Shown piece after piece: positions 27,575-39,924 of a DNA stretch of 64,000 nt. Made by a program: the position numbers and the translations under genes. Every line of letters begins with the position of its first letter. Position 1 is the first letter of the stretch. The notes beneath the pieces were generated by a model. That model worked only from the letters and a program-made list of their open reading frames with translations. It was not told the DNA's origin and did not search any database. The DNA is from Octopus vulgaris (Eukaryota): contig OX597826.1 in the NCBI GenBank assembly GCA_951406725.2, forward strand, positions 43,772,001 to 43,836,000. Direction: 5' to 3'.

Positions 27575-27840
27575 GAATGGTTGTATACTGTCAATCTAAC
27601 AAGAACGTGACAGTAGGAGGTACACCACCGCTGTATAGCCCTAGGAAGCATCGAACGCCTCCTGATGGCTTTGACACATTTCTCCCTGTGTCCTTATATA
27701 CATATACGAAGGAGAGACAAACACCTCCGGCTGCCGAAACTGCATCTAGGGACACGTGTTTCAGGATCGTTGTCCTTCATCGGCCTAGAGTAGTAGACAC
27801 CGGTCAACCGGTGATATTTGTCTCGACTCCGTAATTGTAT
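27575..27840 (-). mobile_element. Family A HHR element
   Basis: HHR flanked by extended inverted arms (gagacaaacacc / ggtgatatttgtctc) and followed by the family-A structured motif. Confidence 0.78.
27745..27789 (-). ncRNA. Minimal type I hammerhead ribozyme (U4C variant)
   Basis: UCUAGG CCGAUGA AGGA CAACGA UCCU GAAAC ACGU GUC CCUAGA; perfect 6-bp stem I, 4-bp stem II, palindromic stem III. Confidence 0.85.
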
Positions 27841-28019
27841 ATATCTATACTCAGTGAAGTCTATTCACTGATCATCAAAATAAGAAATATTGAATTTCTA
27901 AATCTCTCGATTACATAGATAGATACATAGATACATACATAAATATATATATATACACATACATATATATACATATATATGTGTGTGTGTGTGTATGTGT
28001 GTGTTACTGTGTGTGTGTG

Positions 28020-28049
<30 letters not shown>

Positions 28050-28056
<7 letters not shown>

Positions 28057-29080
28057 GTCTTTATGTTTAGTTATAATAAAAATATGTTTACATTAATCTG
28101 ATTGGTTACTCGATACTTTTGTAGAGTACAAATTTATAATTCTTATTGAGCAGAGAGAGAACAAAAAAACATTTAGAGTTAGGGGTCAATCATGGTGACT
28201 GGCTGGACCAAGTAGTTAGACAGGAAAGCTAGGAGGAAGTGGAGATAATAAAGCATTGGTGATCCCAAAATGAAGGCGCGCGTGCGTGTGTGTATGTGAG
28301 ACTGTGTGCGCGTAGATAGGTGCTGGTAAGTGTGTGGATAAGTGCTGGTAACGTGTGTAACTGTGTGCGTCTGTAATGTGTGGGTGCTGGGAAGTAGTCA
28401 GTGCTAGTATGTGCTAGTGTGTGTTAGTGTGTGGTGTGGTGGTGTGTAGTGTGGCAGTATTGGGCGTGCTGGCAGAAACGTTAGCACGCCGGGCGAAATG
28501 CGTAACGGTATTTCGTCTGCCGCTACGTTCTGCGTTCAAATTCCGCCGAGGTTGACTTTGCCTTTCATCCTTTCGGGGTCGATAAGTTAAGTACCAGTTA
28601 CGCACTGGGGTCGATATAATCGACTTAATCCGTCTGTCTGTCCTTGTTTGTCCCCTCTGTGTTTAGCCCCTTGTGGGTAGTAAAGAAATAGGTATTGGGT
28701 GTGGGAGAAGTGAGGACGGCGTGTGGGTTTGGGGTTAGGATGAGTAGGTAGGGGTGGGATGGGGTATGTGGGAGCGTGATGTGTGGGGTGTGGGTGGAGG
28801 GGGTATCATTGAGGGGAGGAGTGAAGAGAGGAAGTAGGCGTCAGATGAAGAGAGGGGAGGAGCGGAGTCAGATGAAGAGCGGAGGGGAGTTGAGTCCATA
28901 TGGCACAAAGCAGTGAAGAAAGAAGATAAATTCCTGTTCACGGCGAAGGCAGGAGTACGGAGGGCCCCTGTGCAAAGACAATCCCAATATAGACAGGTGT
29001 TGTAATGAATGACCGGTGAAGAAATCGCAGGAGACCGGGGTGTCATTGCCGAGTCTAATATCTCGGAGGTGCTCCGCACA
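28050..29080 (-). mobile_element. 5'-truncated Penelope-like element: GIY-YIG endonuclease C-terminus (29080-28868) plus 3' non-coding region
   Basis: AEHLRDIRLGNDTPVSCDFFTGHSLQHLSILGL..RREQEFIFFLHCFVPYGLN fits the PLE pattern EH.R.I..PV..HF..HS..EQ..IF.L..P.GLN. Bounded by microsatellites. Confidence 0.85.
28463..28690 (+). mobile_element. Young full-length Meta-domain-like SINE with Tx1-like tail, inserted in the PLE
   Basis: Complete head, body and tail; flanks gtattgggcgtg / gtattgggtgtg resemble a TSD. Confidence 0.9.
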
Positions 29081-29133
29081 TACATGCATACATAAATTCA
29101 TACGTATATATATGTGTGTGTGTGTGTGTGTGT

Positions 29134-29195
<62 letters not shown>

Positions 29196-29342
29196 CTCTC
29201 TGTACCTATCCCGTTGTGTACGTATATTTGTATAAGCACGGATAAGCTTCGCGTTGGGTATCTTCATTGAATGGAGAATCAATTTTCATTCAAAATATTA
29301 GTCTAAAATGAAAATAATTTCAGTGAACAGATGTCAATATTA

Positions 29343-29514
29343 TATTTTAAATATGGACGTAATACATAAACTTATCCGTTATATTGTACCTAATAGTAGA
29401 AAATATCTCGTGGCTACAGTAACGACCCCTACCAAGACATTGTAACACACGTTGAATGGATGAATTCAGCACATCAAATAAGGAACGAAATGATTGAAAG
29501 AAAAGTTAAAATAT
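29343..29514. repeat. Left arm of an approximately 170-bp inverted repeat pair
   Basis: Reverse complement of 31716-31866 plus 32181-32201. Confidence 0.88.
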
Positions 29515-30054
29515 TTCTTGGCGACAGTTCAACAAACTATGTTTGTATTAATGATTTATTGTTAAGTTTCATTGAACTTTCGTGTTTTGCGCCATATTTA
29601 AGTTGTCTGTTTGATACGAACACCGAGAAATGAATGAAGCAGACGAGAAAACTTTTGTATAGTTTAGGTGTATAGAAATATAATATGTATATCATACTGT
29701 GTTCGTGGGCGGACAGAGAGACAGAGAGACAGAGAAACAGAGAAACAGACACACACTATATAATGGTTTCAAATTTTGGCACAAGGCCAGCAATTTCGCA
29801 GGAGGGTGCAAGGTGATTACATCGACGCCGGTGCTAAACTGGTACTTATTTTATCGACACAGAAAAGACGAAACGCAAAGTCGATCTTGTAGGAATTTGA
29901 ACTCTGACAGTGAAGATGGACGAAAAACCGGTAACTATTTTGCCCGGCGTACTAACGGTTCTGTTAGCTCATTGCCATATATATAATAAATCCAATAATA
30001 ACTCCCTCCCCCGCATACACACATTTAGAAATATTCACAAGCGCACACATATAT

Positions 30055-30385
30055 TGAGACCTCCTTCGGTCATGACTGACCGTGGGATAGCACCTAGAAA
30101 GTTACCCTCCGAGGTAAATCTCCGGGCAAGGCTGTTTATGGAAGACCAGCTGTCGCCCATGCATACCGGCCTCCCCTCTCCACGCCACCAGTGTTATCCA
30201 AGGGAAAGATAACGGTCGATACAGCTTGGCACCTGTGACGTCGCAACTTAGTTTTACAGCTGAGTGAACTGGAGCAACGTGAAATAAAGTGTCTTGCTCA
30301 AGAACACAACATTCAGCCCGGTCCGGGATTCGAACTCGCAACCTCACGATCATAAGTTCGACGCTGTAACTACTGAGCCATGCTG
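30055..30385 (-). mobile_element. tRNA-derived SINE (modular-tail family) with a fourth tail type
   Basis: Head at about 30380-30310; tail shared with 23937-24093 and 60150-60308. Confidence 0.82.
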
Positions 30386-31436
30386 TGCATATATGCACGC
30401 ACACACACACACACATATATATATATGTATATATACACACACACATACATTCAGATATAGATGCATATATATATATATGCATGTATATCTCTCTGTCTCT
30501 GTCTCTCTCTGTTACTCTCTCTCTCTCTTTCTCTAATTATATGCATGTATGCTTGTACGTATATAGATGCATGCACACTATCAGGCACACACACATACAC
30601 TCGTACACACACATTATCGGTAAGTTATTAAATAAGAGGAGAAGACATCATATGCTGAAATTAAGTCAGAATCAATGTAAGATGGATGGCAGTTACATTT
30701 CCCTACATGAACAATTGAAAATTTCAGTTTACATTGAGAAGAAATGCGAAATAAAGACGTTATATAAGAAAAAATTTCATATTAAAAGGATTTAAAGTAG
30801 GGGGTGGTGACAGAAAAAATGGATGAGAGAAATAGACGTTTAAAGAGAGACGTGAGAAAAATATAAGTTTAAGCTGGTTAAAGAGTAAGAAGGATGAGTG
30901 TATGAGTTTTCTGTTGTTGAATGTAGTTTAATGTAAGTGATGTAGTTAAATGTAAAGCATATAGTATTGAGAGAAAGAAAGAGTGAGAAAGAGAGTGAGG
31001 GAGGAAGTTGTGACCCATGGATAGGATAACTTTAGATGATAAGATAGATAGGAACCTCAATATGATATAAAATTAATATAATATATATACTGCGGCAGTA
31101 ATGTTGAAAGGAAAAGTAGGAGTTATATTTATAAAGAGACAGAACTATTGGTTTTTTTATTGATGCACGGGGCTAGCAATTTTGAGCGGAGTGGATTTAG
31201 ATGATATCAGCGATATTTAGTATTTGAATGTGAATATATTTCAATATTTTGGCTTCTGCGGATTTGAACTCAGAACGTTAAGGAACTGAACAAATATCAC
31301 TAAGTATTTTATCTGACACTCAAACGATTCTGTAACCTCATTAAATTAATCATAATCAATGGTTTCGAATTGTTTCAAATTTTGCCAAATGGCGAACAAC
31401 TTTAGCGGGAGGAGTTTGTAGACTAGGTATTTATAC

Positions 31437-31668
31437 CTATTTCTTTATTACCCACAAGGGGATAAACATAGATGGGACAAACAAGGACAGATATAGGTAT
31501 TATGTCGATTACATCGACCCCAGTGCGTAACTGGTACTTAATTTATCGACCCCGAAAGGATGAAAGGCAAAGTCGACCTCGGCGGAATTTGAACTCACAA
31601 CGTAACGGCAGACGAGGTACCGCAAAGCATTTCCCCCGATGTGCTAACGCTTCTGCTAGCTCGCCGCC
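31437..31668 (-). mobile_element. Meta-domain-like SINE with Tx1-like tail and 11-bp TSD
   Basis: gtatttatacc at 31427 and 31671; inserted in an older copy of the same family. Confidence 0.88.
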
Positions 31669-31715
31669 TTGTATTTATACCATTTACTTTATCCAATCGA
31701 TCCCGAAAGGAAAAC

Positions 31716-32201
31716 ATATTTTAACTTTTCTTTCGATCAATTCGTTCCTTATTTGATGCGCTGAATTCATCCATTCAACGTGTGTTACACTGTCTTGGTA
31801 GGGGTCGTTACTGTAGCCACTATATATTTTCTAGCATTAGGTACAATATAACGGCTAAGTTTATGTGTGGAGGCGCAATGGCCTAGTGGTTAGGGCAGCG
31901 GATTCGCGGTCGCAGGATCGCGGTTTCGATTTCCAGACCGGGCGTTGTGAGTGTTTATTGAGCGAAAACACCTAAAAGCTCCACGAGGCTCCGGCAGGTG
32001 GGGGGGGGGGGTGATCCCTGCTGTACTCTTTCACCACTCTTTCTTCTGTTGGCCTGCTCGCTTAGCCAGCGGGGTGGCGTCATTCGAAGGTTAAAACAAT
32101 GCGAACGCATTGTGACCAGCGATGTGTAACAACATCTGATGGTCGGTCACGTGATCACGTGATAACGGCTAAGTTTATGTATTACGTCCATATTTAAAAT
32201 A
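31716..32201. repeat. Right arm of the inverted repeat pair, interrupted by a SINE
   Basis: Matches 29343-29514 once the SINE and one TSD copy are removed. Confidence 0.85.
31867..32161 (+). mobile_element. Young tRNA-derived SINE with perfect 19-bp TSD
   Basis: ataacggctaagtttatgt at 31848-31866 and 32162-32180. Confidence 0.95.
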
Positions 32202-33139
32202 TTTTAAATACGACTTCGGTTGGAGCACCGCATTTGGTCGAGCAAATCGGCCCCATGACTTATTCATAGTAAGCCTAGTACTTATTATATCGGCCTCTTT
32301 TGCCGAACCGCTAACTTACGGGAACGTAAACACACCATCATCGGTTGTCAAGCGATGATGGAGGAGGGGGCAAAAATAACACACAAACATACACATATAT
32401 ACATACATATATATATATACGACGGGCTTCTTTCAGTTTCCATCTACCAAATTCACTCACAAGGCTTTGGTCGGCCCGAGGCTATAGCAGAAGACACTTG
32501 GTCAAGATGCCACGCAGTGGGACTGAACCCGAAACCATGTGGTTCGTAAACAAGCTACTTACCACACAGCCACTCCTACGCCTATGTCTCTTAGTTTTTC
32601 CAAAACATTTCTTCTTTCTTTCTGTCCCCACGATATAAATTTTCACTACACCGATTTGTAGCTTTCTCATTGGCTATGGAAACTAATGAAGAAGCAGTAA
32701 CAAGGTATCAATAGATTAAATGTTAAGTCTTCAAGTTCGTATGTTATTTCAACGAGAAAATGTGTTCGTGCAAAAGCATAAACAAATTTAAGTTAAAAAA
32801 ACAACTCAAACATTTGAGAGAAATTAAACGCGTTCGTATAGTTATGTGTGTTGTTAAATAAAACTGGAAACAATGAACTATAAACAAATAGATTAAAAGT
32901 ATGGAAGAAAGCCGGAAAAGCAGCGTAAGGTCATTTCAAAATGTTGATAATTCAAGGTGTCACACAGGGATCATGTACTTTTTGTGTTCAGCGTCATGGA
33001 AATAATTACAAAAGGAAAAACAAAAATGACTAATTGGATATAATTAAAAAATATTTTATTCCTATATTTATTAACTTACAATACTCTATTTATTCCCATA
33101 TTTGCAGGTTTAACTCTCATGAAACTTTTAGTACATATG

Positions 33140-33440
33140 TATATATTATATAAAATCCGTTCTGTCTGTCTGTGTGTCTTCTAGGATCTCGGGCATCCTC
33201 CATCCGATTGCGCTCAAATTTGATATGTAGATACCGACGGTATCAGGGCGTGTATAAGTCTTGAAAAAATTACAAAAATCGATTCCAGGTGAGAATGCGA
33301 TCGATAAAACCGTGGGAACGTGCATTTGTACGCGCAAGTACATCAGCTGTTGTGATCGATACTACGCGTACGCGAGGAAAATGCACCGTGTCTCAAATTT
33401 AGGTTAAACCAGTGTTTCGCTAAGGGGAGGCCTATGAGGC
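33140..33440 (+). mobile_element. Probable non-autonomous Helitron/Helentron-like 5' region
   Basis: tatataaaa...(tctg)n...atctcg...catccgattgcgctcaaatttgatatgtagat resembles the ccgat..aaatttgg motif of HINE/Helitron-type elements. No 3' end identified. Confidence 0.45.
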
Positions 33441-33613
33441 GGTCGGACAAGTTGTTTTGAGAAAATTTGGTTTAAATGTTTGACAACTCAGCACCATCCA
33501 TTGGACGGGAGGTGTTTTGCTCGTATATACATGTATACATACATACATACATACATACATGCACAGACACACATATACACATACACACCCAAAAACAAGC
33601 ACACACTCACACC

Positions 33614-33657
<44 letters not shown>

Positions 33658-34393
33658 CTGTCACAGATATTCACAGTAAGATCCAAAAGGCCGTGGTGAA
33701 AACAGTTTAATAATAAAGTTTATTCATAAACGTATCCCATATACTAAACCCCGTATCGAAATTACTATACAAATCCGGTATTAGCAACAAAGATTGCTTA
33801 TCATGCGATAATCCTTTCGGTGAATGAATGGTACGAGATAGGTGTTAATGTACTACGCGTGTTTCAGACGGAACATCAAACAGATAATACGTAGTTTGGG
33901 TGCTACATAAAAGTTTAATATTTTTTCTCATAGGGTACTTTCCACTTGTCAGAAGTTCTTTGGCGTACAGAATTCGCCAAGTACAAGAAAACATGCGTAC
34001 AATTCAGCAGTTAATAGTTCTTAGATGATTGTTATTTTCCTCACATGGTTACGAAACTGAAAAAAAAGGCGCCATGTTCGAAAAGTTAGAATACAAGACG
34101 AAAGTGCGAAAGGGGAGAGGAAAAAGGGGAAAGATGAAACAAGATGAAAGTAAAAGATACAAATACTAGATAGAGTGCCGTTTGTAAATTACTTTTAGTG
34201 CTACATACAGACGCCACTACTTAAATTGAAGCTAGACAGGCGAACTAATGTCCAATATACTTATTCACAGATACATATGAAAAAAATATACATAATCCCA
34301 TTATAGGTTCCCTCACACACACACACACAGGTACTAGGTCACAATAAAATGCGCGCGTATTTGTACATATACATATGTACATATATATCTATG

Positions 34394-34428
<35 letters not shown>

Positions 34429-34748
34429 ATTTATATATACATGCATAAACGTGTATACATATATATATATATATATATATGTATATTATATATGTATTCT
34501 TTTATTCTTTTTATTTGTTTCGGTCATTTGACTGCAGCCATGCTGGAGCAACGCCTTTAGTCGAAAAATCGATCCCAGGACTCATTTTTTGTAAGCCTAG
34601 TACTTATTCTATCGATATCTTTTGCCGAAACGCTAAGTTACGGGGACGGAAACACGCCAACATCGGTAGTCAAGCGATGTTGGGGGACAAACACAAACAC
34701 ACACACACATACACACATATACACACACAGACACAGACACACACACAT

Positions 34749-34779
<31 letters not shown>

Positions 34780-34993
34780 CACGACGGGTTTCTTTCAGTT
34801 TCCATCTACAAGGCTTTGGTCGGCCCGTGGCTACACTAGAAGTCACTTGCCTAAGGTACCACGCAATGGAACTGAACTCGGAACTATGCAGTTGGTAAGC
34901 AAGTCATTCGAATAAGAACTGGCAAAGATATCAGATTGTAAAAGGATATCATTTTTTTTTAAACAACCTGTATATATAAGTATATATATATAG

Positions 34994-35182
34994 TTAATCC
35001 AAACATGGAAACACAAAGAGAAAACACAACAACGGGAGGACGTTCAGGAAAGAAGGAAAGAAGGAGGGTTTTACGTTTCGAGCGGAGCTCTTCGTCAGAA
35101 ACATAAGAAAAGGAAAGATCCAAAGAAAGGAAGATGGAGGAAAACAAATCGCAAACAGTACGCACGCGGTCACATTTTGAAA
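34994..35182 (-). mobile_element. Family B-related short repeat between (TA)n tracts
   Basis: Same layout as 11290-11532: pyrimidine tract, HHR motif, U-rich tail. Confidence 0.7.
35068..35102 (-). ncRNA. Minimal hammerhead ribozyme with canonical CUGACGA and loop-less stem III
   Basis: GUUU CUGACGA A GAGC UCC GCUC GAAAC GUA AAAC. Confidence 0.75.
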
Positions 35183-35553
35183 TATATATATATATATATA
35201 TATATACATGCATATATGGGTACAGGACATCACCAACAGTAAACAGCATGAAATACGAAGCAAATAATTTAAATGCGCAAATAACGTGAGAAAAAATGGA
35301 AAATAATACAAAGAACGACCCTTCATCATTTGTCGGCTGTCTATCCACTCCCCCATTTCGAGCTATATGCATCCGTATATAGGCGCACACACAGATGCAT
35401 TGAAAAGTAAGTGATGAGAAAGAAGACCATAATTAGTAGCACCTGCAATTTACGTAATATACTGTTGCTATTTTTTAAACACATGCAGTAAATAATTATC
35501 TCAACAACGCCTTCAATTCACAGACACGCACAGACACACACAGACACACACAG

Positions 35554-35595
<42 letters not shown>

Positions 35596-35774
35596 TGATG
35601 TGATAGTTAATTACATTATCTTTCGCATGTTTCATTAACATAAGGTGATAATTGGCTACACAATGCAAATTGCGTCATTAAGCCTTGCTGCCAAATCGTC
35701 AGAGATGTGTAATTATTAAATGTAACATTGCTGAACCACTAATAACGCGACTGTAGTCACCATTTTGAAGGTGG

Positions 35775-35812
<38 letters not shown>

Positions 35813-35815
<3 letters not shown>

Positions 35816-36160
35816 GAAGTATATTCGCCACTTAAATGTGGCTAACGACTAAGGGTGGATGCTACTGTAGCTTGTAGCCCCAGGAAAACATCTTCTCCAG
35901 CTGGCTATTGACACACTTTCTGTGCCCTATCAGTATTTGCAAAGGGAAGCCATCCTTCCCATCGTCGACCTGATGTGATACGCACGGACCCAGGTTTCGT
36001 CAGGTCGACGATAGGAAGGATGGCTTCCCTTTGCAAATACTGATAGGGCACAGAAAGTGCGTCAATAGCCAGCTGGAGAAGATGTTCTCCTGGGGCTACA
36101 AGCTACAGTAGCATCCACCCTTAGTGGTTAGCCACATTTAAGTGGTAAATATGCTTCACA
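35813..36160. mobile_element. Fold-back (palindromic) family A element, arms of about 160 bp
   Basis: 35813-35975 is the reverse complement of 35998-36160 with few mismatches. The spacer contains gacccaggtttc, the HHR 3' half GAAAC CUGG GUC on the minus strand. Confidence 0.9.
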
Positions 36161-36206
36161 TTGTCGTGCAGCTACGATTTGTACCTCGTTCAGAGAATTA
36201 TTATTG

Positions 36207-36250
<44 letters not shown>

Positions 36251-36297
36251 TCATACATACATACATACATACATACATACATACATACATACATACA

Positions 36298-36333
<36 letters not shown>

Positions 36334-36839
36334 TGAGGATGTTAGGTCGTCATTAGGGATTAGATAATCCAAACATTTCACTGGTTAATCACTAACATAT
36401 AAGGAGAAAATCTCGACGATATGCTAGGGATTATTAATACATATTATTAATAATGAAAGAAAGATAATGAAGAATTATGGATGCATAAATAAATTATTTG
36501 TATAATATAATGAGGTTGAAAGTATTGTATAAAAACAATAGAAATAAATTATAAAACCCTAAAAGAAGTGGCCAATCCCCAAAACCTACATGTGTATTTA
36601 GATTCATGCCTATTGGTGATTCGTAATTCTAAGCATTTAGGTAGGGTCGTATGCTAAGAATTGGTCCTCATTTTCAACTATATAGGGCAGAATCTCATCC
36701 TGTTTCATATAGATGAAAATGATGACCAATTCTTAGCATTTGAACCTGCCCATACATACATACATACATACATACATACATACATACATACATACATACA
36801 TACATACATACATACATACATACATACATACATACATAC

Positions 36840-37165
36840 AGGAGCACTTCGTCGGTTGCGACGACGAAGGTCCCAGCTGATACGATCAACGGAACAGATT
36901 TGCTCGTGAAATTAAGGTGCAAGTGGTTGAGCACTCCTCACATACGTGTACCCTTAACGTAGTTCTCGGGGAGATTCAGCGTGACACAGGTTGTGACAAG
37001 GCTGACCCTTTGAAATACAGCCACTACTCATTTTTTGCCAGCTGAGTGAGCTGGAGCAACGTGAAATAAAGTGTCTTGCTCAAGGACACAACGCGTCGCC
37101 GGGAATTGAACTCACGACCTTACGATCATGAGCCGAATGCCCCTAACCACTAAGCCACGCGCCTT
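36840..37165 (-). mobile_element. tRNA-derived SINE (modular-tail family), full length
   Basis: Head gtgaaggcgcgtggcttagtggttagggc..gagttcaattccc; tail shared with 62475. Confidence 0.88.
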
Positions 37166-37246
37166 CACACACACACACAAACAAACACACGCACACATAA
37201 ACACACACACACACACAGACACACACACACACACACACATACATAG

Positions 37247-37284
<38 letters not shown>

Positions 37285-37814
37285 GTGTATTACTTGATGT
37301 GAGAGTTGCGATTATATTGCGAACCACGATAATAGAATCTCCTGAACTTCTATTTTTTTTATAATTGCTGTATAAGAAAAAAAAAAAGAAAATGAACTCA
37401 AATATCAATAACTCCATGATTGAAAAAAATAATGAGGAACATTGTTTGTTTCTAAGTGTATTCTGCATCAGAATTTAGTTTTCTAGAAAACACTAATTGC
37501 TATATAATAATGAAGGGAATATCGATTTAAGTGACTTTGAGCAAGAGGAAATGCAATTCAGTTCTTGGATTGCTTTAAAATAATTGGCAAAAATATGGAG
37601 GAGATTCGACTGTTCTTCATGGTTTTCCTCATAGCTTTTGCAATAAGTAATGTTGGGTGAATACTTCGACGCTTGCTTTCCCATGACATGATTTCAGGTT
37701 TGGTCTCACTGCGTGGCACTTTGGGTAAGTGTCTTATCTTATACTACAGCTTCGAGCCGATCAAAGCTCTATGAGTGAATTTAGTAGACGGAAACTGCAG
37801 GAGGCTCATCGTAC

Positions 37815-37875
<61 letters not shown>

Positions 37876-37941
37876 CATCCATCCATCCATCCATCCATCC
37901 ATCCATCCATCCATCCATCCATCCATCCATCTATCTATCTA

Positions 37942-38025
<84 letters not shown>

Positions 38026-38026
38026 G

Positions 38027-38288
38027 GTTTTTCTTTCCACGGGTAAACCTCACCTATCCCCCCCTTTACACTTTATATTGACATTTCTGTGATAACGATC
38101 CCTATTGATCGATTTTTTTCTTTTTTCCTTTTATTCCCCCACCCCCTTTTTTTTGCTTTTCTCTTTCTTTCCTTTTACGATCCCTTTTGATCGAAAACCA
38201 AACCCTCTTTTTTTTATCCCCAAAAATAAAAGCTCTACCTTGTAATTTGTCCCGTCTGTGTGCAGCCCTGTGTGGCTAATAAAGAAAC
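38027..38288 (+). mobile_element. Short 5'-truncated 3'-UTR copy of the Tx1 LINE, within (TATC)n
   Basis: Aligns with 39550-39925 and ends gccctgtgtggctaataaagaaac + atatctatct. Confidence 0.88.
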
Positions 38289-38598
38289 ATATCTATCTCT
38301 ATAGAACTATATACTTGCACATGCCACCCCTTCCTACTCCCTCACCATCCAAATCACCACGTAGTCTATCTCCTGTTCCCCATGCGGTGTTTTCCAACTA
38401 ACTGTTACCCATAGACCAACATCAAACCAAAACGCCGCGTGATCTTCCTCGACCAATCGCAGCCCACTTTATGACAATAACAATCAACTTCTGTCATTCA
38501 AATTCAAAATGGCTGACAACTAGCATCACGCTTGAAACTCAGGTGTAGTAACGAATTTGAATCAAACTGTTTTGTTCTGTCTGTCTATCTATCTATCT

Positions 38599-39924
38599 GT
38601 CACCGTCATAGTGTCTAGCCACGAGCACATCGAGCAGGTCGGCGAGACACTGAAAAACTACGAAGCGGTGACAGGAGCGAAAATCAACCGGGAAAAGTCA
38701 GTGGGCTTGCGACTAGGCACCTGGAGAAGCAAGCCCATGCCGTCCACCAGCGCCTCCGTCGTGGGACGCTGGACCGACGGCCCGGTTGAGTTGCTCGGGG
38801 TCTGGTTTGGTCCGGACCTCCAAGTGGAGAAGAACTGGAACGAAATAACGAGTAGGGTGGTCACTCTCGCCCGGCAATGGGCCGAGAGGAAACTGTCCCT
38901 AAAAGGTCGGGCGGAGGTGGCGAACACGTACAGGGCCCATGGACAACTTCCAGAGATCCCTGGCCTGGCAGTGCTACCGAGAAGCGCTACCTGTTCGGGA
39001 TAAGCTCTACAGACACGGCTCGAGAAACACGGGGCCGACCTGCCCGAGATGCGGTCAGAGCGACGAAACCGTTCTGCACGCACTAGTGCAGTGTCCAACA
39101 ATTTCCGACCTGTGGGCTTATGTCGAACAACTGCTGTCACGTGTGGGACGAGTCGGTTTATCAGCTGAGTCTATCGTCAATATTGTCACGCCTCCTTCCT
39201 TCAAACGGGAAGGAAGAGCTATTTTCATCATCCTTGTGGCTATGGCGAAAGAATGTATCTGGTGGACGCGTCTGAAAGGATTGGAGACAAACACTTTCCT
39301 CTCTGGTCAATCTCTCATCAACTTCTTCAAGTACCACTTGAAAAGGAAAGTGAGAGTAGAGAGGCAAGTTTTGTCTAGCGAATGTTTTAAAAAGATGGGT
39401 GAATGTAGCAAGGATGGCACGTATGAATGACGAAACCACCTTGAGCATAATCCTATGAACCCAGAAATTGAAAACAGAGGGTTACCCACTTGCAAACAAA
39501 TGTGGTAACATATAACAATATTGACCAAGGTTACGGTGGTCTTTTTCGTAGGCTTTTCTTCCCACGGATAAACCTTACTTGCTTTCCCCTTTACACCATA
39601 TATCATAACACTGTGATACACGATCCCTATTGATCGTTCTTTTTTTTTTTTCCTCTTCCCCTTTTTGTCCCCTTTTTTCTTCTTTTTTCATTTCTCTTTC
39701 CTTTTGTTCCTTTTCCTTTTCTTTTTTTTTCTTTTTATTCTTTTTAATTTATTCAATTCTTTTTTTGTTTTTGTTCTTTTCTTCCTTTTACGATCCCTCT
39801 TGATCGAAAACCTACGCCACCCCTTTTTTTCTTTTGTTTTTTGTTCTCTTCATCCCCCAAAAGAAAAGCTCTACCTTGTAACTTGTCCCATCTGCGTGCA
39901 GCCCTGTGTGGCCAATAAAGAAAC

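Noticed and set aside
31867-31945. Functional tRNA genes (also at 16050, 18748, 62790)
   Set aside because: A and B boxes are present but the heads continue into SINE bodies, one with a clear TSD, and the acceptor stems are incomplete.
35310-35365. Type II hammerhead on the minus strand (cgaaau ... augaugaaggg)
   Set aside because: C3 is missing and no convincing stem I, II or III can be formed.
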